64,000 nt of DNA from Thiohalomonadaceae bacterium (GCA_041554195.1 JBFFMJ010000008.1:69359-133358); one strand, 5' to 3'; numbered from the stretch's first letter, positions 1-10,659 are shown. Notes: generated by a model from the letters alone, not told the origin. Numbers and translations are program-made.

Positions 1-1233
1 CACCCCGGCAGCTTCTTCGCCCTGCCGCAGTCACCGCAGATCTTCAAACAATTATTAATGGTCTCCGGCATGGACCGCTACTACCAGATCGTGCGCTGCT
101 TCCGCGATGAAGACCTGCGTGCCGACCGCCAGCCTGAATTTACCCAAATCGATATCGAGACCTCCTTTATGGATGAAGAGGAGATCATGACCCTGATGGA
201 GGGCATGATCCGCGAGATGTTCGCCAAGGTACTCGAAGAGCAGCTGCCCAACCCTTTCCCGCGCATGCCCTACGCCGAGGCGATGCAGCGTTACGGCTCC
301 GACAAGCCCGACCTGCGCATTGCCCTGGAGCTGGTGGAGGTGGCCGACCTGATGAAGGAGGTGGAGTTCAAGGTCTTTGCCGCCCCAGCCAATGACGAAG
401 GCTGCCGCGTCACCGCACTGCGCGTTCCCCAGGGGGGCTCCATTTCGCGTAAGGAGATCGACGACTACACCAAATACGTCAGCATCTACGGTGCCCGAGG
501 CCTGGCCTATATTAAGGTTAACGAGCTGGCCAAGGGGATTGAGGGGCTGCAGTCGCCGATCATCAAATTCCTGCCTGCCGAGGTGGTACTAAACATCATG
601 GCGCGTGTGGGCGCAGAGGATGGCGACATCGTCTTCTTCGGTGCCGACAAGGCCAAGGTGGTTAACGAGGCGCTGGGTGCGCTACGCGTCAAGGTGGGCC
701 ACGACCGTGGTCTGGTTGCCCATGGTTGGGCACCGCTGTGGGTGGTCGACTTCCCGATGTTCGAGTGGGACGAAAAGTCCAATCGCTGGACCTCCCTGCA
801 TCACCCCTTCACCTCACCGGCCGAGGCGGACCTCGACAAGCTGGAATCCGATCCCGGCAACTGCCTCTCCCGCGCCTACGATATGGTGTTGAATGGCACC
901 GAGGTGGGCGGCGGCTCGATGCGTATTTATCGCGAAGAGATCCAGGAGAAGGTATTCCGCGCCCTGGGTATCAGCGACGAAGAGGCACAGGACAAATTCG
1001 GCTTCCTGCTGGAGGCACTGAAGCACGGTTGCCCGCCGCACGGTGGTCTGGCCTTCGGCCTGGACCGTCTGGTGATGCTGATGACCGGTGCCGCCTCTAT
1101 TCGTGACGTGATGGCCTTCCCCAAGACCCAGACCGCGGCCTGCCCGTTGACCGAGGCACCTTCAACGGTCAATCCGGCACAGCTGGTTGAGCTGGGTGTG
1201 CGTATTGCCAAGCCACTGAAAGAAGAGAAGTAA
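1..1233 (+). CDS. aspS: Aspartate--tRNA ligase, C-terminal ~410 aa (5' end lies outside the window)
   Basis: Frame 1 is open from base 1 ([20 protein letters not shown]...). Class II aaRS motifs are typical of AspRS: [35 protein letters not shown]. Confidence 0.95.
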   Translation, partial: HPGSFFALPQSPQIFKQLLMVSGMDRYYQIVRCFRDEDLRADRQPEFTQIDIETSFMDEEEIMTLMEGMIREMFAKVLEEQLPNPFPRMPYAEAMQRYGSDKPDLRIALELVEVADLMKEVEFKVFAAPANDEGCRVTALRVPQGGSISRKEIDDYTKYVSIYGARGLAYIKVNELAKGIEGLQSPIIKFLPAEVVLNIMARVGAEDGDIVFFGADKAKVVNEALGALRVKVGHDRGLVAHGWAPLWVVDFPMFEWDEKSNRWTSLHHPFTSPAEADLDKLESDPGNCLSRAYDMVLNGTEVGGGSMRIYREEIQEKVFRALGISDEEAQDKFGFLLEALKHGCPPHGGLAFGLDRLVMLMTGAASIRDVMAFPKTQTAACPLTEAPSTVNPAQLVELGVRIAKPLKEEK

Positions 1234-1262
1234 GCTCTTTAGCCAACGAGGTTGTTAAAAGC

Positions 1263-2360
1263 ATGAGTGACACCCTTTCGATTCAGGATTACGCACAACT
1301 TAGCGATGAGGAGTGCGAACAGCGCATTCTCGCCGCCAAGGCAACGCTCGGTGATCGCCTGGTGATCCTCGGTCACCACTACCAGCGCGAAGAGGTTTTC
1401 AAGTTTGCCGACTTCTCCGGTGACTCCCTGAAGCTGTCGCGTCAGGCGGCGGACTCGAAGGCGCAGTTTATCGTTTTCTGCGGCGTGCACTTCATGGCCG
1501 AGGTGGCGGATATTCTGTCACGCGATGATCAAATTTCGATCATCCCCGATCTGGCCGCGGGCTGCTCGATGGCCGACATGGCCAACCTCGCCAATGTCGA
1601 GCGTGCTTGGCGCGAACTCTCCACTGTGCTGGAGCCCGACGAGCAGGTCACGCCCGTTACCTACATTAACTCGGCGGCCGACCTGAAGGCCTTCTGCGGT
1701 CGTCACGGCGGTATCGTCTGTACCTCCTCCAATGCCGCTAAGGTTTTGGAGTGGTCATTCAATCAGCGCGAGAAGATCCTCTTCTTCCCCGATCAGCATC
1801 TGGGTCGCAATACCGGTTACAACATGGGCATTCCCTTTGATGAGATGGTGGAGTGGGACTTTGATCAGCCGATGGGTGGTCTTACCGAGGCGCAGATCAA
1901 AAAGGCCAAGATGATCCTGTGGAAGGGCTTCTGCTCCGTTCACCAGATGTTCCAGCCCGAGCACATCGACAGGTTTAAGGAGATGTATCCGGAGGCGAAG
2001 ATCATCTCCCATCCCGAGTCCTCGTTTGAAGTCTGCCAGAAATCCGATGCCGTCGGCTCTACCGAGATGATCATTAAGACCATCCGCGACTCTGAACCCG
2101 GCACCCGCTGGCTGGTTGGCACGGAACTGAATCTGGTTAACCGCCTGCACGAACAGTTCAAACATGAGGGCAAGAACATCCACTTCATGTCCCCTACCGT
2201 ATGCATGTGTTCCACCATGTTCCGCATTGACCCTCAGCACCTCGCCTGGATCCTGGAAAACCTGGTCGCCGGAAATGTGATTAACCAGATTAAGGTCGCT
2301 GCAGAGGAGACCGCAGAGGCCAAACTGGCGTTGCAGCAGATGTTGGATATTTCTGTATAA
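1263..2360 (+). CDS. nadA: Quinolinate synthase NadA
   Basis: 365 aa with NadA-like blocks (LVILGHHYQ, FCGVHFMAE, CSMADMA, FCSVHQ, CMCSTM cluster-ligand cysteines). Sits 30 nt after aspS. Confidence 0.9.
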   Translation: MSDTLSIQDYAQLSDEECEQRILAAKATLGDRLVILGHHYQREEVFKFADFSGDSLKLSRQAADSKAQFIVFCGVHFMAEVADILSRDDQISIIPDLAAGCSMADMANLANVERAWRELSTVLEPDEQVTPVTYINSAADLKAFCGRHGGIVCTSSNAAKVLEWSFNQREKILFFPDQHLGRNTGYNMGIPFDEMVEWDFDQPMGGLTEAQIKKAKMILWKGFCSVHQMFQPEHIDRFKEMYPEAKIISHPESSFEVCQKSDAVGSTEMIIKTIRDSEPGTRWLVGTELNLVNRLHEQFKHEGKNIHFMSPTVCMCSTMFRIDPQHLAWILENLVAGNVINQIKVAAEETAEAKLALQQMLDISV

Positions 2361-2657
2361 AAGGAAAAAAAGTTGTTTTACTGAGGTCGTATAAATATGG
2401 TTTTACGGAAGCCTGGAACGGCTGGACTACCAAGAAAATAACAGACCTGTTTTTCCGCGATAACTAGAGTTTTATTTCCAGTGTTTCTGTGTGTGTATTT
2501 TTGATACTGGTATCGTCACATAACCTCCGTCTCTCCCTCAAGCGCGCAAAGCGCTTTGCTCTGCTATTCTGAATCTATTCAGTGAACCCTATGTGTTCGG
2601 GCGTGCTCTGCCCCCTGGAGTCGTATACGGTCATGCCATGTAGAGAGCCTTATCTTG

Positions 2658-3494
2658 ATGTCCCTTTTTGAACACAGTGCCACTCCGTCTGTGAGGGTTG
2701 CGATAGCTGTCGTAATTCTTTTGCTTTGCGGCTGTGCCGAACTACCACGAAAGGGGTGGGGAAGTGAGGTAGGTGTGGCTCCGGGCTGGGACAAGTTTAA
2801 GCGTGCTGCAGTGAATGCCGCCAGGGATCCGGGAACCTGGGTGCCGGCGGTAGGGGCGGTATTTTCTCAGGCATCAGGACAAGATGAGGACTTAACCCAA
2901 AGTGCGATGGATGATAACTGGCTATACGCTTCTCGCTATGATGCCATTCTTGCCAGCGACGAGCACCGTGCCAGCTTGGATAAAGTGTGGATGGTGTCGA
3001 TGTTGGCTAGCGATAGTGGTAGTGATGCTGATGGTGACTGGTTTTCCAATAAGGCGGGGGGGATGTTGACTCAGGCGGCTATCGTCAATGTCTCTATCGG
3101 TACGACAAACCTGTTAAAGCGGGTAACTACACGCGCATCGCCTACAGAGGCGCTGAATGCGAAGGGCTATGAAGGCTTTCCCTCAAATCACAGTGTGCCG
3201 CCCTTTACGCAAGTGGCCCTGATACGGCGGAATCTGCGCTATACATCGGTTAACGATTTTACTCGATACTCCATCATTACGGGATCTTATCTGTTGGCTG
3301 GTAGCAGTGCCTATGGTCGGGTTGAGGGGGGACTGCATTTTCTTAGTGACCAGCTGGCCGGTGCGGCATTGGGTAACTTCTTAGGCCTTCTGATGTACGA
3401 TACCTTCTTCGAGGAAGAGGGGAAGTGGGGGCTCACTTTATATCCTGTCAGCAATAACACGGGTGCGGTGGCAAACTTCAGGCGCTACTTCTAG
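2658..3494 (+). CDS. PAP2-superfamily (acid/lipid phosphatase-like) lipoprotein
   Basis: Lipobox LLLCGC near the N-terminus. PSNH matches the PSGH-type motif, and GRVEGGLHFLSD fits the PAP2 motif SRx5Hx3D. The first motif (KRVTTRASP) is degenerate. Start taken at ATG 2658, one codon after TTG 2655. Confidence 0.55.
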   Translation: MSLFEHSATPSVRVAIAVVILLLCGCAELPRKGWGSEVGVAPGWDKFKRAAVNAARDPGTWVPAVGAVFSQASGQDEDLTQSAMDDNWLYASRYDAILASDEHRASLDKVWMVSMLASDSGSDADGDWFSNKAGGMLTQAAIVNVSIGTTNLLKRVTTRASPTEALNAKGYEGFPSNHSVPPFTQVALIRRNLRYTSVNDFTRYSIITGSYLLAGSSAYGRVEGGLHFLSDQLAGAALGNFLGLLMYDTFFEEEGKWGLTLYPVSNNTGAVANFRRYF

Positions 3495-3572
3495 ATTTGG
3501 GATCGTGATTCAGGGGCAGAGATAAAAGCTAATCCACTTCCGCCGCGAAGTAAAATCTGCGGAGTATTGCTA

Positions 3573-5408
3573 TTACCCATTTTCGGGGGATTCCCCCTCA
3601 CTCTCCCTGGATTTAACGATATCTACCTCGACGAGTGAGCCTCCAGGGTAGTGTTTGGCGTTGCGCTCATCAATCTTGTCGATGAGGGTGTCTTTCGGCT
3701 TGTAGAGGATGAGTGCAATGTCGACCAGGTTCTTGGTAATGCGCACGGCATTGGCGCTGTCATTGATTAGGGAGGTCGCCATTTCACGGCTAATCACACC
3801 ATTATGCAGCAGTTCTGCAACACGCCCGTTTAGCAGCACGTCGATCTGCTTGGCCTTGCCGCGCTGCTGGTGAAGTTTCTCCAGGTGTTCGGGAATGTTT
3901 TCGCTGGGACCGATGCGGCGAATCTCACGCACCACTTTGAGGATGCTGCGGCGAAGTACGTCGTACTCTTTGCGTATCGCCTCGTTGTCCGACTCCATAT
4001 AACGATCCAGATTCTGGTGTAGTGGTTTCATGCGTTTTACCACCTGCACCAGCATTCGATCGGCCACCAGGATGTTACGTATCTTCTCCACCTCATCGGC
4101 TTCCAGATTGAAGCGAGCCTGGAGTTCGGTGGCATACTCCAGGATCTGGCTGTAGATGCTTTTAATTTTGGTGACGTAGATTTTATCGATGTCGATCTTG
4201 ATGTGCTGGCTCGTCGCCAGGATATCTTTCAGGTGTTGTTTCGATTCCAGGTCTTCGCGGTGTACTCGCAGGCCGTGTGCCAGTACCGTGTAGGCGGCGT
4301 TCTCCAACAGTCGTACTGACTCATCGGTAAGGGCCTTAATTCCGGTCTGGGTAAATTTCATTGAGTTTGTATCGAGGAACTGTGGCTCATCGATCGCCAT
4401 CTCTTTCACAACTACGGGTGGCACCAGCCGCTCAACCATCCTGACGATGAAGGTGAGGAAGCCGATTAATACCAGGGCATTAAGAATATTGAAGCTAGTG
4501 TGGAACAGCGAGAGGGCGATAGGTATGGCCGCGGCATTGATGAACGGGGAGTGACCTTCCAGGTTTTCAACCACAACGCCGATCAGATTGATGAAGGGGT
4601 AGAACAGCAGCAGGATCCAGATGACTCCCAGCAGGTTAAAGATGAGGTGGGCCCGTGCGGCACGCTTGGCGTGATAGTTGGCCACCAGTGCCGCCAGGTT
4701 GGCGGTAATGGTGGTGCCGATGTTCTCGCCCAGCACCATCGCGGCAGCCATCTCAAAGGGGAGCCAGCCCTCGAAGGTCATCAACAGGGTGAGGGCCATG
4801 GTGGCGCTGGAGGACTGAATAATCAGGGTAAGCAGGGTGCCGATAAACATAAAAAGGAGCACCGAGAAGTAGCCGCTCTGGGTGTACTCGGCGAGAAAGG
4901 CCAGGGTCTCGGGGTGATTGCGGATATCAGGTACGGAGTCCCTGAGAAACTGCAGGCTGATAAAGAGGAGGGAAAAGCCGATAATGAAGTAGCCCAGGCT
5001 TTTTCGGTTGCCCTGTTTTGACAGGGTAAGCAGAAATCCGCCTGCCACCAGTGGCAGGGCGATGGCGCTCATCTCCACCTTAAAGCCGAGTATCGAGATC
5101 AGCCAGGCGGTGACGGTGGTGCCAATGTTGGCGCCCATAATCACCCCCACCGCCTCGGTGAGGGTGAGCAGGCTTGCATTGACGAAGCTGACCACCATCA
5201 GGGTGGTGGCGGAGGAGGACTGGATCGCCGCGGTGATCAGAAACCCGGTCATTAGGGCGAAGAAGCGGTTGGAGGTGGTTGTGGCGAGGATGTTGCGCAT
5301 GCGCTCACCCGCCAGATTCATCAGGGCGTCACTCATTACCTTCATGCCGTAGAGAAACAGGCCAAGTGAGCCGAGAAGGGGCAGTATGTCGGTGAATCCG
5401 TAAGTCAT
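3573..5408 (-). CDS. Na+/phosphate cotransporter family protein with PhoU-like C-terminal domain
   Basis: 611 aa. The N-terminal half has the duplicated NptA-type repeats (QSSSATT... GANIGTT appears twice). The C-terminal ~250 aa is a soluble helical region. Confidence 0.85.
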   Translation of the reverse strand: MTYGFTDILPLLGSLGLFLYGMKVMSDALMNLAGERMRNILATTTSNRFFALMTGFLITAAIQSSSATTLMVVSFVNASLLTLTEAVGVIMGANIGTTVTAWLISILGFKVEMSAIALPLVAGGFLLTLSKQGNRKSLGYFIIGFSLLFISLQFLRDSVPDIRNHPETLAFLAEYTQSGYFSVLLFMFIGTLLTLIIQSSSATMALTLLMTFEGWLPFEMAAAMVLGENIGTTITANLAALVANYHAKRAARAHLIFNLLGVIWILLLFYPFINLIGVVVENLEGHSPFINAAAIPIALSLFHTSFNILNALVLIGFLTFIVRMVERLVPPVVVKEMAIDEPQFLDTNSMKFTQTGIKALTDESVRLLENAAYTVLAHGLRVHREDLESKQHLKDILATSQHIKIDIDKIYVTKIKSIYSQILEYATELQARFNLEADEVEKIRNILVADRMLVQVVKRMKPLHQNLDRYMESDNEAIRKEYDVLRRSILKVVREIRRIGPSENIPEHLEKLHQQRGKAKQIDVLLNGRVAELLHNGVISREMATSLINDSANAVRITKNLVDIALILYKPKDTLIDKIDERNAKHYPGGSLVEVDIVKSRESEGESPENG

Positions 5409-5501
5409 GAAGTGTTTATATCAGTGATCTTGTTTTGATGAAAAATAGTGGCGCCTTAATGGGTCCATATTTTCGCGAAAATCATTTCATCATACATTGA
5501 G

Positions 5502-6416
5502 CTAGTGATTCTCCAGCACATGCTGAATTGCCGGGAGTATTCTGCGTACACTGTCATAACCTTCGGCAATAGCCTCTTCGGCGCGGTCAAATTCCAGTAG
5601 TCCCAGCTTGCCGAGGCGGGGGGAGATCAGCACGTCGGGGGGGTCACCGGCCATGCGACTTTTGGTGATGCGATCCTGCATGATGTTAATAGCGCTGGCC
5701 ATCACCTCGAACAGACCGGGGATTTCGCGTTGTTGCTGCCGCTCGTTGAGCCACTGTGACATGCGGGTATCTTTCAGGCTGTCGTTGACCTTATCGAGCA
5801 TCTGCGTAAAGAGATCGCGCTCCATGTGTTGCGCGCTCTCTTTTTTCCCACGCAGGTGCTTGCCGACGATATCGCTGTTGAGGTTAACGGCAATGATGAT
5901 CTCGGCACCCATGGCACGGCACAGGGAGACCGGCACCGGGTTAGTGAGGCCGCCATCGACCAGCCAGCGATTGTCCAGCTCCACTGGCGAGAAGAGACCG
6001 GGCAGGGCGATGGAGGCGCGCACCGCAGCGGGTAGCGGGCCATTCTGTAACCATACCTCGCGGCCACTTTTCAGGTCGGTGGCGACGGCGGCGTAGGGGA
6101 GTGGTAGTTGTTCGATGTTGAGCTGGGCGATCTTGTTGCTAAACGAGCCCATCAGGCTCTCGCCCTCGATGAGGCCGCCACTCATCTTTACATCAAGCAG
6201 ACGCACCACATCGAGAAAACTCAGATCGCTTACCCACTGCTGCAGGGCATCAAGGTGGCCACCCGCATAGGCGGCACCAACCAGTGAACCGATAGAGCAG
6301 CCGGTGACGATGTCGGGCTTTATGCCCTCCTCTTCCAGAGCGCGTATCACGCCGATATGTGCCCAGCCTCGGGCGGAACCGCTGCCCAGTGCCAGTCCGA
6401 TCTTGGTTTTTCTCAT
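5502..6416 (-). CDS. Patatin-like phospholipase (RssA-like)
   Basis: Motifs GSGSARG (oxyanion GxGxxG), GCSIGS (GxSxG) and VDGG (catalytic Asp). Start chosen at MRKTK (6416), which is preceded by GGAGGA. The longer ORF to 6470 is probably a 5' over-extension. Confidence 0.85.
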   Translation of the reverse strand: MRKTKIGLALGSGSARGWAHIGVIRALEEEGIKPDIVTGCSIGSLVGAAYAGGHLDALQQWVSDLSFLDVVRLLDVKMSGGLIEGESLMGSFSNKIAQLNIEQLPLPYAAVATDLKSGREVWLQNGPLPAAVRASIALPGLFSPVELDNRWLVDGGLTNPVPVSLCRAMGAEIIIAVNLNSDIVGKHLRGKKESAQHMERDLFTQMLDKVNDSLKDTRMSQWLNERQQQREIPGLFEVMASAINIMQDRITKSRMAGDPPDVLISPRLGKLGLLEFDRAEEAIAEGYDSVRRILPAIQHVLENH

Positions 6417-6498
6417 GCTTCCTCCGTATGCAAAGATTATAGGGCCATTGACAGGCAATGACATACACAAGCCGCGAACGATTGGTTACCATCTTCCT

Positions 6499-7536
6499 AT
6501 GAGCCTATTTCGATTTTTTCTCTTTTCAGTCTGGACGCTTGTTGCGGGCGCACTGCCGGTGCACGCGGCGCTGGTTGATGAGCCGGTGGATGGCCCTGCA
6601 CTGAATGATGAGGCGCTACAAGAGCCGATTCGTTACCCGGCCTGGTTTCAACTCAGTTTTCTCAATCTGCGTGAAGACCTGCAGCAGGCGCTGCGTTTTC
6701 AAAAGCGCGGCCTCATCGTCTACTTCGGTCAACACGACTGTGCCTACTGTTATGCCCTGATAGAGAAGAATCTGACACGCCCCGATATTGTGAAATATAC
6801 CCGTCGTTACTTCGATGTGGTGGCGGTGGATATCCACGGTGATGAGCCGGTAACCGATATGCAGGGTGAGGAGATGAGTCAACGGGAGTTTGCCGAAGTG
6901 CTGCAGGTGGATTTCACCCCCACCATGATCTTTTACGATGCCGAGGGTAAGGAGGCGATGCGTTTGCGCGGTTACTACCCGCCCTACAAGTTCCGTGCGG
7001 CGCTGGAGTACGTGGCCGATGGCCACTATCGCGAGGAGAGTTTTCGTGACTACCTGCAGCGAGCGGATCCGCCGATGGCCTTTGAGGAGGGGGGCTTGAA
7101 TGAAGCTGAGTTTTTTACCGCACCACCGTTTGCCCTGGATCGCAGTCGTCTGCCGGGTCAGCAGCCGTTGGCAGTGTTCTTTGAGCAGGGGGACTGTCAT
7201 GCCTGCGACATCCTCCACACCACGCCCCTGGCCAATGCGGAAATTCTAAAACAGCTGGAGGGCTTTGATAGCGTGCAGCTCGACATCTGGGCCGACACCC
7301 CCGTGTTGACCCCCGATGGCGAGCGCACCACCAGTCGCGCCTGGGCACAAAAATTGGGGCTCTTTTATACCCCCAGTCTGCTCTTCTTCGATGAGCTGGG
7401 TAAGGAGATCATGCGTGTCGATTCGGTGGTCGGTTTCTACCGGCTGCGCAAGGTGCTCGACTATATCAGTAGTGGTGCCTATAAGCGCGGGGTGACCTTT
7501 CAGCAATACCGCCGCCGCGCCTCCGGGGTTGAGTGA
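6499..7536 (+). CDS. Periplasmic protein with two thioredoxin-fold domains, each with a CxxC
   Basis: Signal peptide MSLFRFFLFSVWTLVAGALPVHA. CxxC motifs CAYC and CHAC. Each half aligns by eye with the single-domain protein at 28713-29243. Start taken at ATG 6499, not the track start 6304, which overlaps the patatin gene. Confidence 0.6.
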   Translation: MSLFRFFLFSVWTLVAGALPVHAALVDEPVDGPALNDEALQEPIRYPAWFQLSFLNLREDLQQALRFQKRGLIVYFGQHDCAYCYALIEKNLTRPDIVKYTRRYFDVVAVDIHGDEPVTDMQGEEMSQREFAEVLQVDFTPTMIFYDAEGKEAMRLRGYYPPYKFRAALEYVADGHYREESFRDYLQRADPPMAFEEGGLNEAEFFTAPPFALDRSRLPGQQPLAVFFEQGDCHACDILHTTPLANAEILKQLEGFDSVQLDIWADTPVLTPDGERTTSRAWAQKLGLFYTPSLLFFDELGKEIMRVDSVVGFYRLRKVLDYISSGAYKRGVTFQQYRRRASGVE

Positions 7537-7537
7537 G

Positions 7538-8326
7538 ATGGCCGCCGATATCCACAAACTGCTGGAGGTGATGGTTGCACTGCGTAACCCGCAGGGGGGC
7601 TGTCCCTGGGATATTGAGCAGGACTTCTCCTCCATCGCCCCCTACACCATCGAAGAGGCCTACGAGGTGGCCGATGCCATTGAACGTGGTGAGTTGGGGG
7701 AGCTGCGCGATGAGCTGGGAGATCTGTTGTTTCAGGTGGTGTTCCTCGCGCGCATCGCCGAGGAGCAGGGGGAATTTAATTTTGACGATGTGGTAACGGC
7801 GATTGTGGAGAAGATGATCCGCCGCCATCCCCATGTCTTTGCCGATGAGCAGGTGGCCGATGCCGAGGCGCAGACCCGTGCCTGGGAAGCGTTAAAGGCC
7901 AAAGAGCGCAAGGATAAGGGGCAGCACGCCAGCCTGCTTGATGGGGTGACCTTGGGCTTGCCCGCCCTGAGTCGTGCGGAGAAGTTGCAAAAGCGTGCGT
8001 CGCGAGCCGGTTTTGACTGGCCTGAGATCTCTCCGGTATTTGACAAGATCCACGAGGAGATCGAGGAGGTACGTGCGGAGCTGAAGGGGGATGAGCCGCA
8101 GGCGTTGCACGATGAGATCGGCGACCTGCTCTTTGCCTGCGTCAATCTGGCGCGCCACGCCGGTGTCGATCCCGAACAGGCCCTGCGTTCAGCCAACTCG
8201 AAATTTGTGCGTCGTTTTCACTATGTTGAAGCGCGTCTTACGGCGCAGGGGAGCTCGCTCGAAGAGGCGGAACTTGAGCGCATGGATGCGCTGTGGGATG
8301 AGGCGAAGGGAAGGGAGAAAAAATAG
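7538..8326 (+). CDS. mazG: Nucleoside triphosphate pyrophosphohydrolase MazG
   Basis: Two MazG repeats with EExxE/D motifs (IEEAYEVADAIE, GDLLFQVV; HEEIEEVRAEL, GDLLFACVNLARH). ATG 7538 lies 2 nt after the upstream stop. Confidence 0.9.
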   Translation: MAADIHKLLEVMVALRNPQGGCPWDIEQDFSSIAPYTIEEAYEVADAIERGELGELRDELGDLLFQVVFLARIAEEQGEFNFDDVVTAIVEKMIRRHPHVFADEQVADAEAQTRAWEALKAKERKDKGQHASLLDGVTLGLPALSRAEKLQKRASRAGFDWPEISPVFDKIHEEIEEVRAELKGDEPQALHDEIGDLLFACVNLARHAGVDPEQALRSANSKFVRRFHYVEARLTAQGSSLEEAELERMDALWDEAKGREKK

Positions 8327-8346
8327 GCACCACACCCGGTGGTGCC
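8318..8346 (-). terminator. Rho-independent terminator for the minus-strand PQQ-repeat gene (overlaps the mazG stop)
   Basis: 8-bp GC-rich stem ggcaccac/gtggtgcc at 8326-8346. On the minus strand it is followed by TATTTTTT. Confidence 0.5.
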
Positions 8347-8361
8347 CATGGTGTATAGAGC

Positions 8362-9441
8362 CTAGCGAACGGAGTAGTAGAAGCCGTCGCTGCTGCCAAA
8401 GTAGATGCGGTCGCCGTCAATCACCGCAGAGCCTGTAATTGCCCCCTGGGTATCGAGCTTCCACTTCTCCTTGCCGCTGCTGACATTGATGGCGTGCATC
8501 TTTTTGTCGTAGCCGCCGACATAGACGATCTCATTACCGAGAACCGGCCCGGCGCTGATCCAGTCGCCTGTTTTGAACTTCCACTTGGGACGCTGGGTCG
8601 AGGTGTCGAGGGCGTAGAGGTGGTTGTCACTGCTGCCCACATAGACCATGTTGCTGCCGATAGCGGCGGCGCTATTGATGGCCCCGGTGGTGCGATAGCG
8701 CCACTTCTGCTGGCCGGTTGCGACATCGACCGCATAAAAGGCGTTGTCCTGACTACCGATGTAGACCACATCGTTGCGTACCGACGGTGCGGCGTGAATT
8801 TTGCCACCGGTAGTGAAACGCCAGCGTTCGTTACCGCTACTGGTTTCAACCGCAAACAGATTCATGTTGTCGCTACCAAAGAACACCAGGCCGTTGGCCA
8901 CGGCCGGGGAGGAGTAGATGGCGGCACCGGCATCGAACTGCCAGCGCTCACTGCCGTTGGCCGCATCGATAGCGACGAGTTTACCGGCAACGTTACCCGC
9001 ATAAAGGGTGCCCTCGACCAGTGCTATGGAGGTCGTGACCGATGCGCCGGTGGAGAGTTTCCATACCTGCTGGCCGGTGGCGGTATCGATGGCGTAGACC
9101 ATACCGTCGTGACTCCCTACATAGGCCCTGCCTGCGCTGACAGCGGCGGCGCCGCTGATCGGGCCCTCTGACTTGAATCGCCATTTTTCAGCGCCGTTTT
9201 TGACATCGACCGCGAAGAAATAACCCGTAATGTTGCCAAAGTAGGCTGTGCCGTCACTGACCACAGAGGGCGTTTTGATGGGCGACTTGCTGTTAAATTT
9301 CCACTCAAGCTGGTTCAATTTGCTCACGCCACCGCTGTAGGCACCACTGTTGGCGGCATCGCCACGGTACATGTCTACCTTGGCCGCACCACAGCCGCCA
9401 AGGGCAAGGGCACTCAGTAACACCAAAGCACGCTTCTGCAT
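8362..9441 (-). CDS. PQQ-like beta-propeller repeat lipoprotein (BamB-like fold)
   Basis: Lipobox LALGGC. Eight ~40-aa repeats of the form YxGSxDGxxYAxDxxTGxxxWxF. Confidence 0.8.
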   Translation of the reverse strand: MQKRALVLLSALALGGCGAAKVDMYRGDAANSGAYSGGVSKLNQLEWKFNSKSPIKTPSVVSDGTAYFGNITGYFFAVDVKNGAEKWRFKSEGPISGAAAVSAGRAYVGSHDGMVYAIDTATGQQVWKLSTGASVTTSIALVEGTLYAGNVAGKLVAIDAANGSERWQFDAGAAIYSSPAVANGLVFFGSDNMNLFAVETSSGNERWRFTTGGKIHAAPSVRNDVVYIGSQDNAFYAVDVATGQQKWRYRTTGAINSAAAIGSNMVYVGSSDNHLYALDTSTQRPKWKFKTGDWISAGPVLGNEIVYVGGYDKKMHAINVSSGKEKWKLDTQGAITGSAVIDGDRIYFGSSDGFYYSVR

Positions 9442-9636
9442 CGTTATCTCTCCTTAGTTATATCCCGGCCCGCCCAGCTGGCGTGGGCGTGGCATGACTC
9501 TCATTTTTCTGCATCGGACTATGCCACATCCGACACAGGCCCGCTATGACCCGGCTCACACACTGGTGTCCTGTTGATAGGAGGCTCTGATATATTTAGC
9601 AGGTTATTGCCTGTTTTCAGTTACCAAGGACTCGTT

Positions 9637-10659
9637 ATGCTCATCTCTCGCCAGGAAGGAATTGTCGGTTTGCTCTCGTTGCTGTTGTTGACCCCGCTGA
9701 TGGCGGCAGCGCAAGAGCCCAGGGCGGTGCGTGCCGAGCCCTTTTCGGCACTGGCGATCTATCCGGAGTTGAGCGCCCCGGCCCAGGTGTTGAGTCTTAA
9801 TGACAGCCGAATTGATGCCTCGATTACCGCCATTGTGGAGCAGATTCATGTTCGTGTTGGCGATGTGGTGGCGGCGGGAGCCGAATTGATGAGGCTGGAG
9901 TGCGCTGACCAACGCAATGCGCGTGAGCAGTCGATGGCACGGCGCGATGCGCTCAAGGCCCGCCTTGATTTTGCCAGTTTTCAGTACGCGCGTGCCCGCT
10001 CGCTGATTAAGAGCAAGAGTCTTTCCGATGAGCAGCTACGCCAGCGCAAGGCCGATGCCGGTGCCTTGCAGGCGGAGCTGGCCGGGTCCGAGGCCGGAGT
10101 GGAGCGTGCTCGGCGCGATGTGGCGCGTTGCCAAATCACCACTCCCTTTCCGGCCGTGGTGGTGGAGCGATTGATCGGCGTTGGCGAAAAGGCACAGCCG
10201 GGCAAGCCGTTGCTGCGCCTGCTGGACCTCTCGGCCCTGGAGGTCTCGGCACAGGTGCAGGCCTTCGATGCCGCTTCGCTGCAGGGGGCCGAGGGGCTTG
10301 CCCTGCTGGTGGACGATAAACGCTACCCCCTGATGCTGCGTAGTACCATGCCCGCGCTCGATCCCCTCTCGCGCAGTCGCGAGCTGCGGCTGGAGTTTGT
10401 CGATAACAGCGCCGCGCCGGGCAGTAGCGGGCGGCTGTTGTGGCGACAGCCCCGAGCCCATCTGCCCGCCGAATATATCGTGCGTCGTGACGGTCAGCAG
10501 GGGGTCTATGTGGCGCATCAGGGGAAGGCGCAGTTTGTGGTGATTGAGGGGGCAAGCGAGGGAAGCCCTGCGGCCCCGAACCTCGCGGACGACAGCCTGA
10601 TCATCACGGAGGGGCGCTACGGCCTTAATGATGGCGATCCCCTGAGTGTGGTGGAGTAA
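9637..10659 (+). CDS. Efflux RND periplasmic adaptor (MFP) subunit
   Basis: Signal peptide, lipoyl-like segments (VRVGDVVAAGAELMRL; TPFPAVVVERLIGVGE) flanking a coiled-coil hairpin, then a beta-barrel region. AAGGA lies 6 nt before ATG 9637. Sits 3 nt upstream of the RND pump gene. Confidence 0.85.
   Translation: MLISRQEGIVGLLSLLLLTPLMAAAQEPRAVRAEPFSALAIYPELSAPAQVLSLNDSRIDASITAIVEQIHVRVGDVVAAGAELMRLECADQRNAREQSMARRDALKARLDFASFQYARARSLIKSKSLSDEQLRQRKADAGALQAELAGSEAGVERARRDVARCQITTPFPAVVVERLIGVGEKAQPGKPLLRLLDLSALEVSAQVQAFDAASLQGAEGLALLVDDKRYPLMLRSTMPALDPLSRSRELRLEFVDNSAAPGSSGRLLWRQPRAHLPAEYIVRRDGQQGVYVAHQGKAQFVVIEGASEGSPAAPNLADDSLIITEGRYGLNDGDPLSVVE

Noticed and set aside
6304-6498. Long 5' extensions of several track ORFs (6304, 9574, 23127, 26341, 27550, 43283, 43830, 56108, 58190).
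   Set aside because: The extensions overlap neighbouring genes or lack an SD. In each case, an internal ATG with an SD, a signal peptide or start/stop coupling gives a protein with a family-typical N-terminus.
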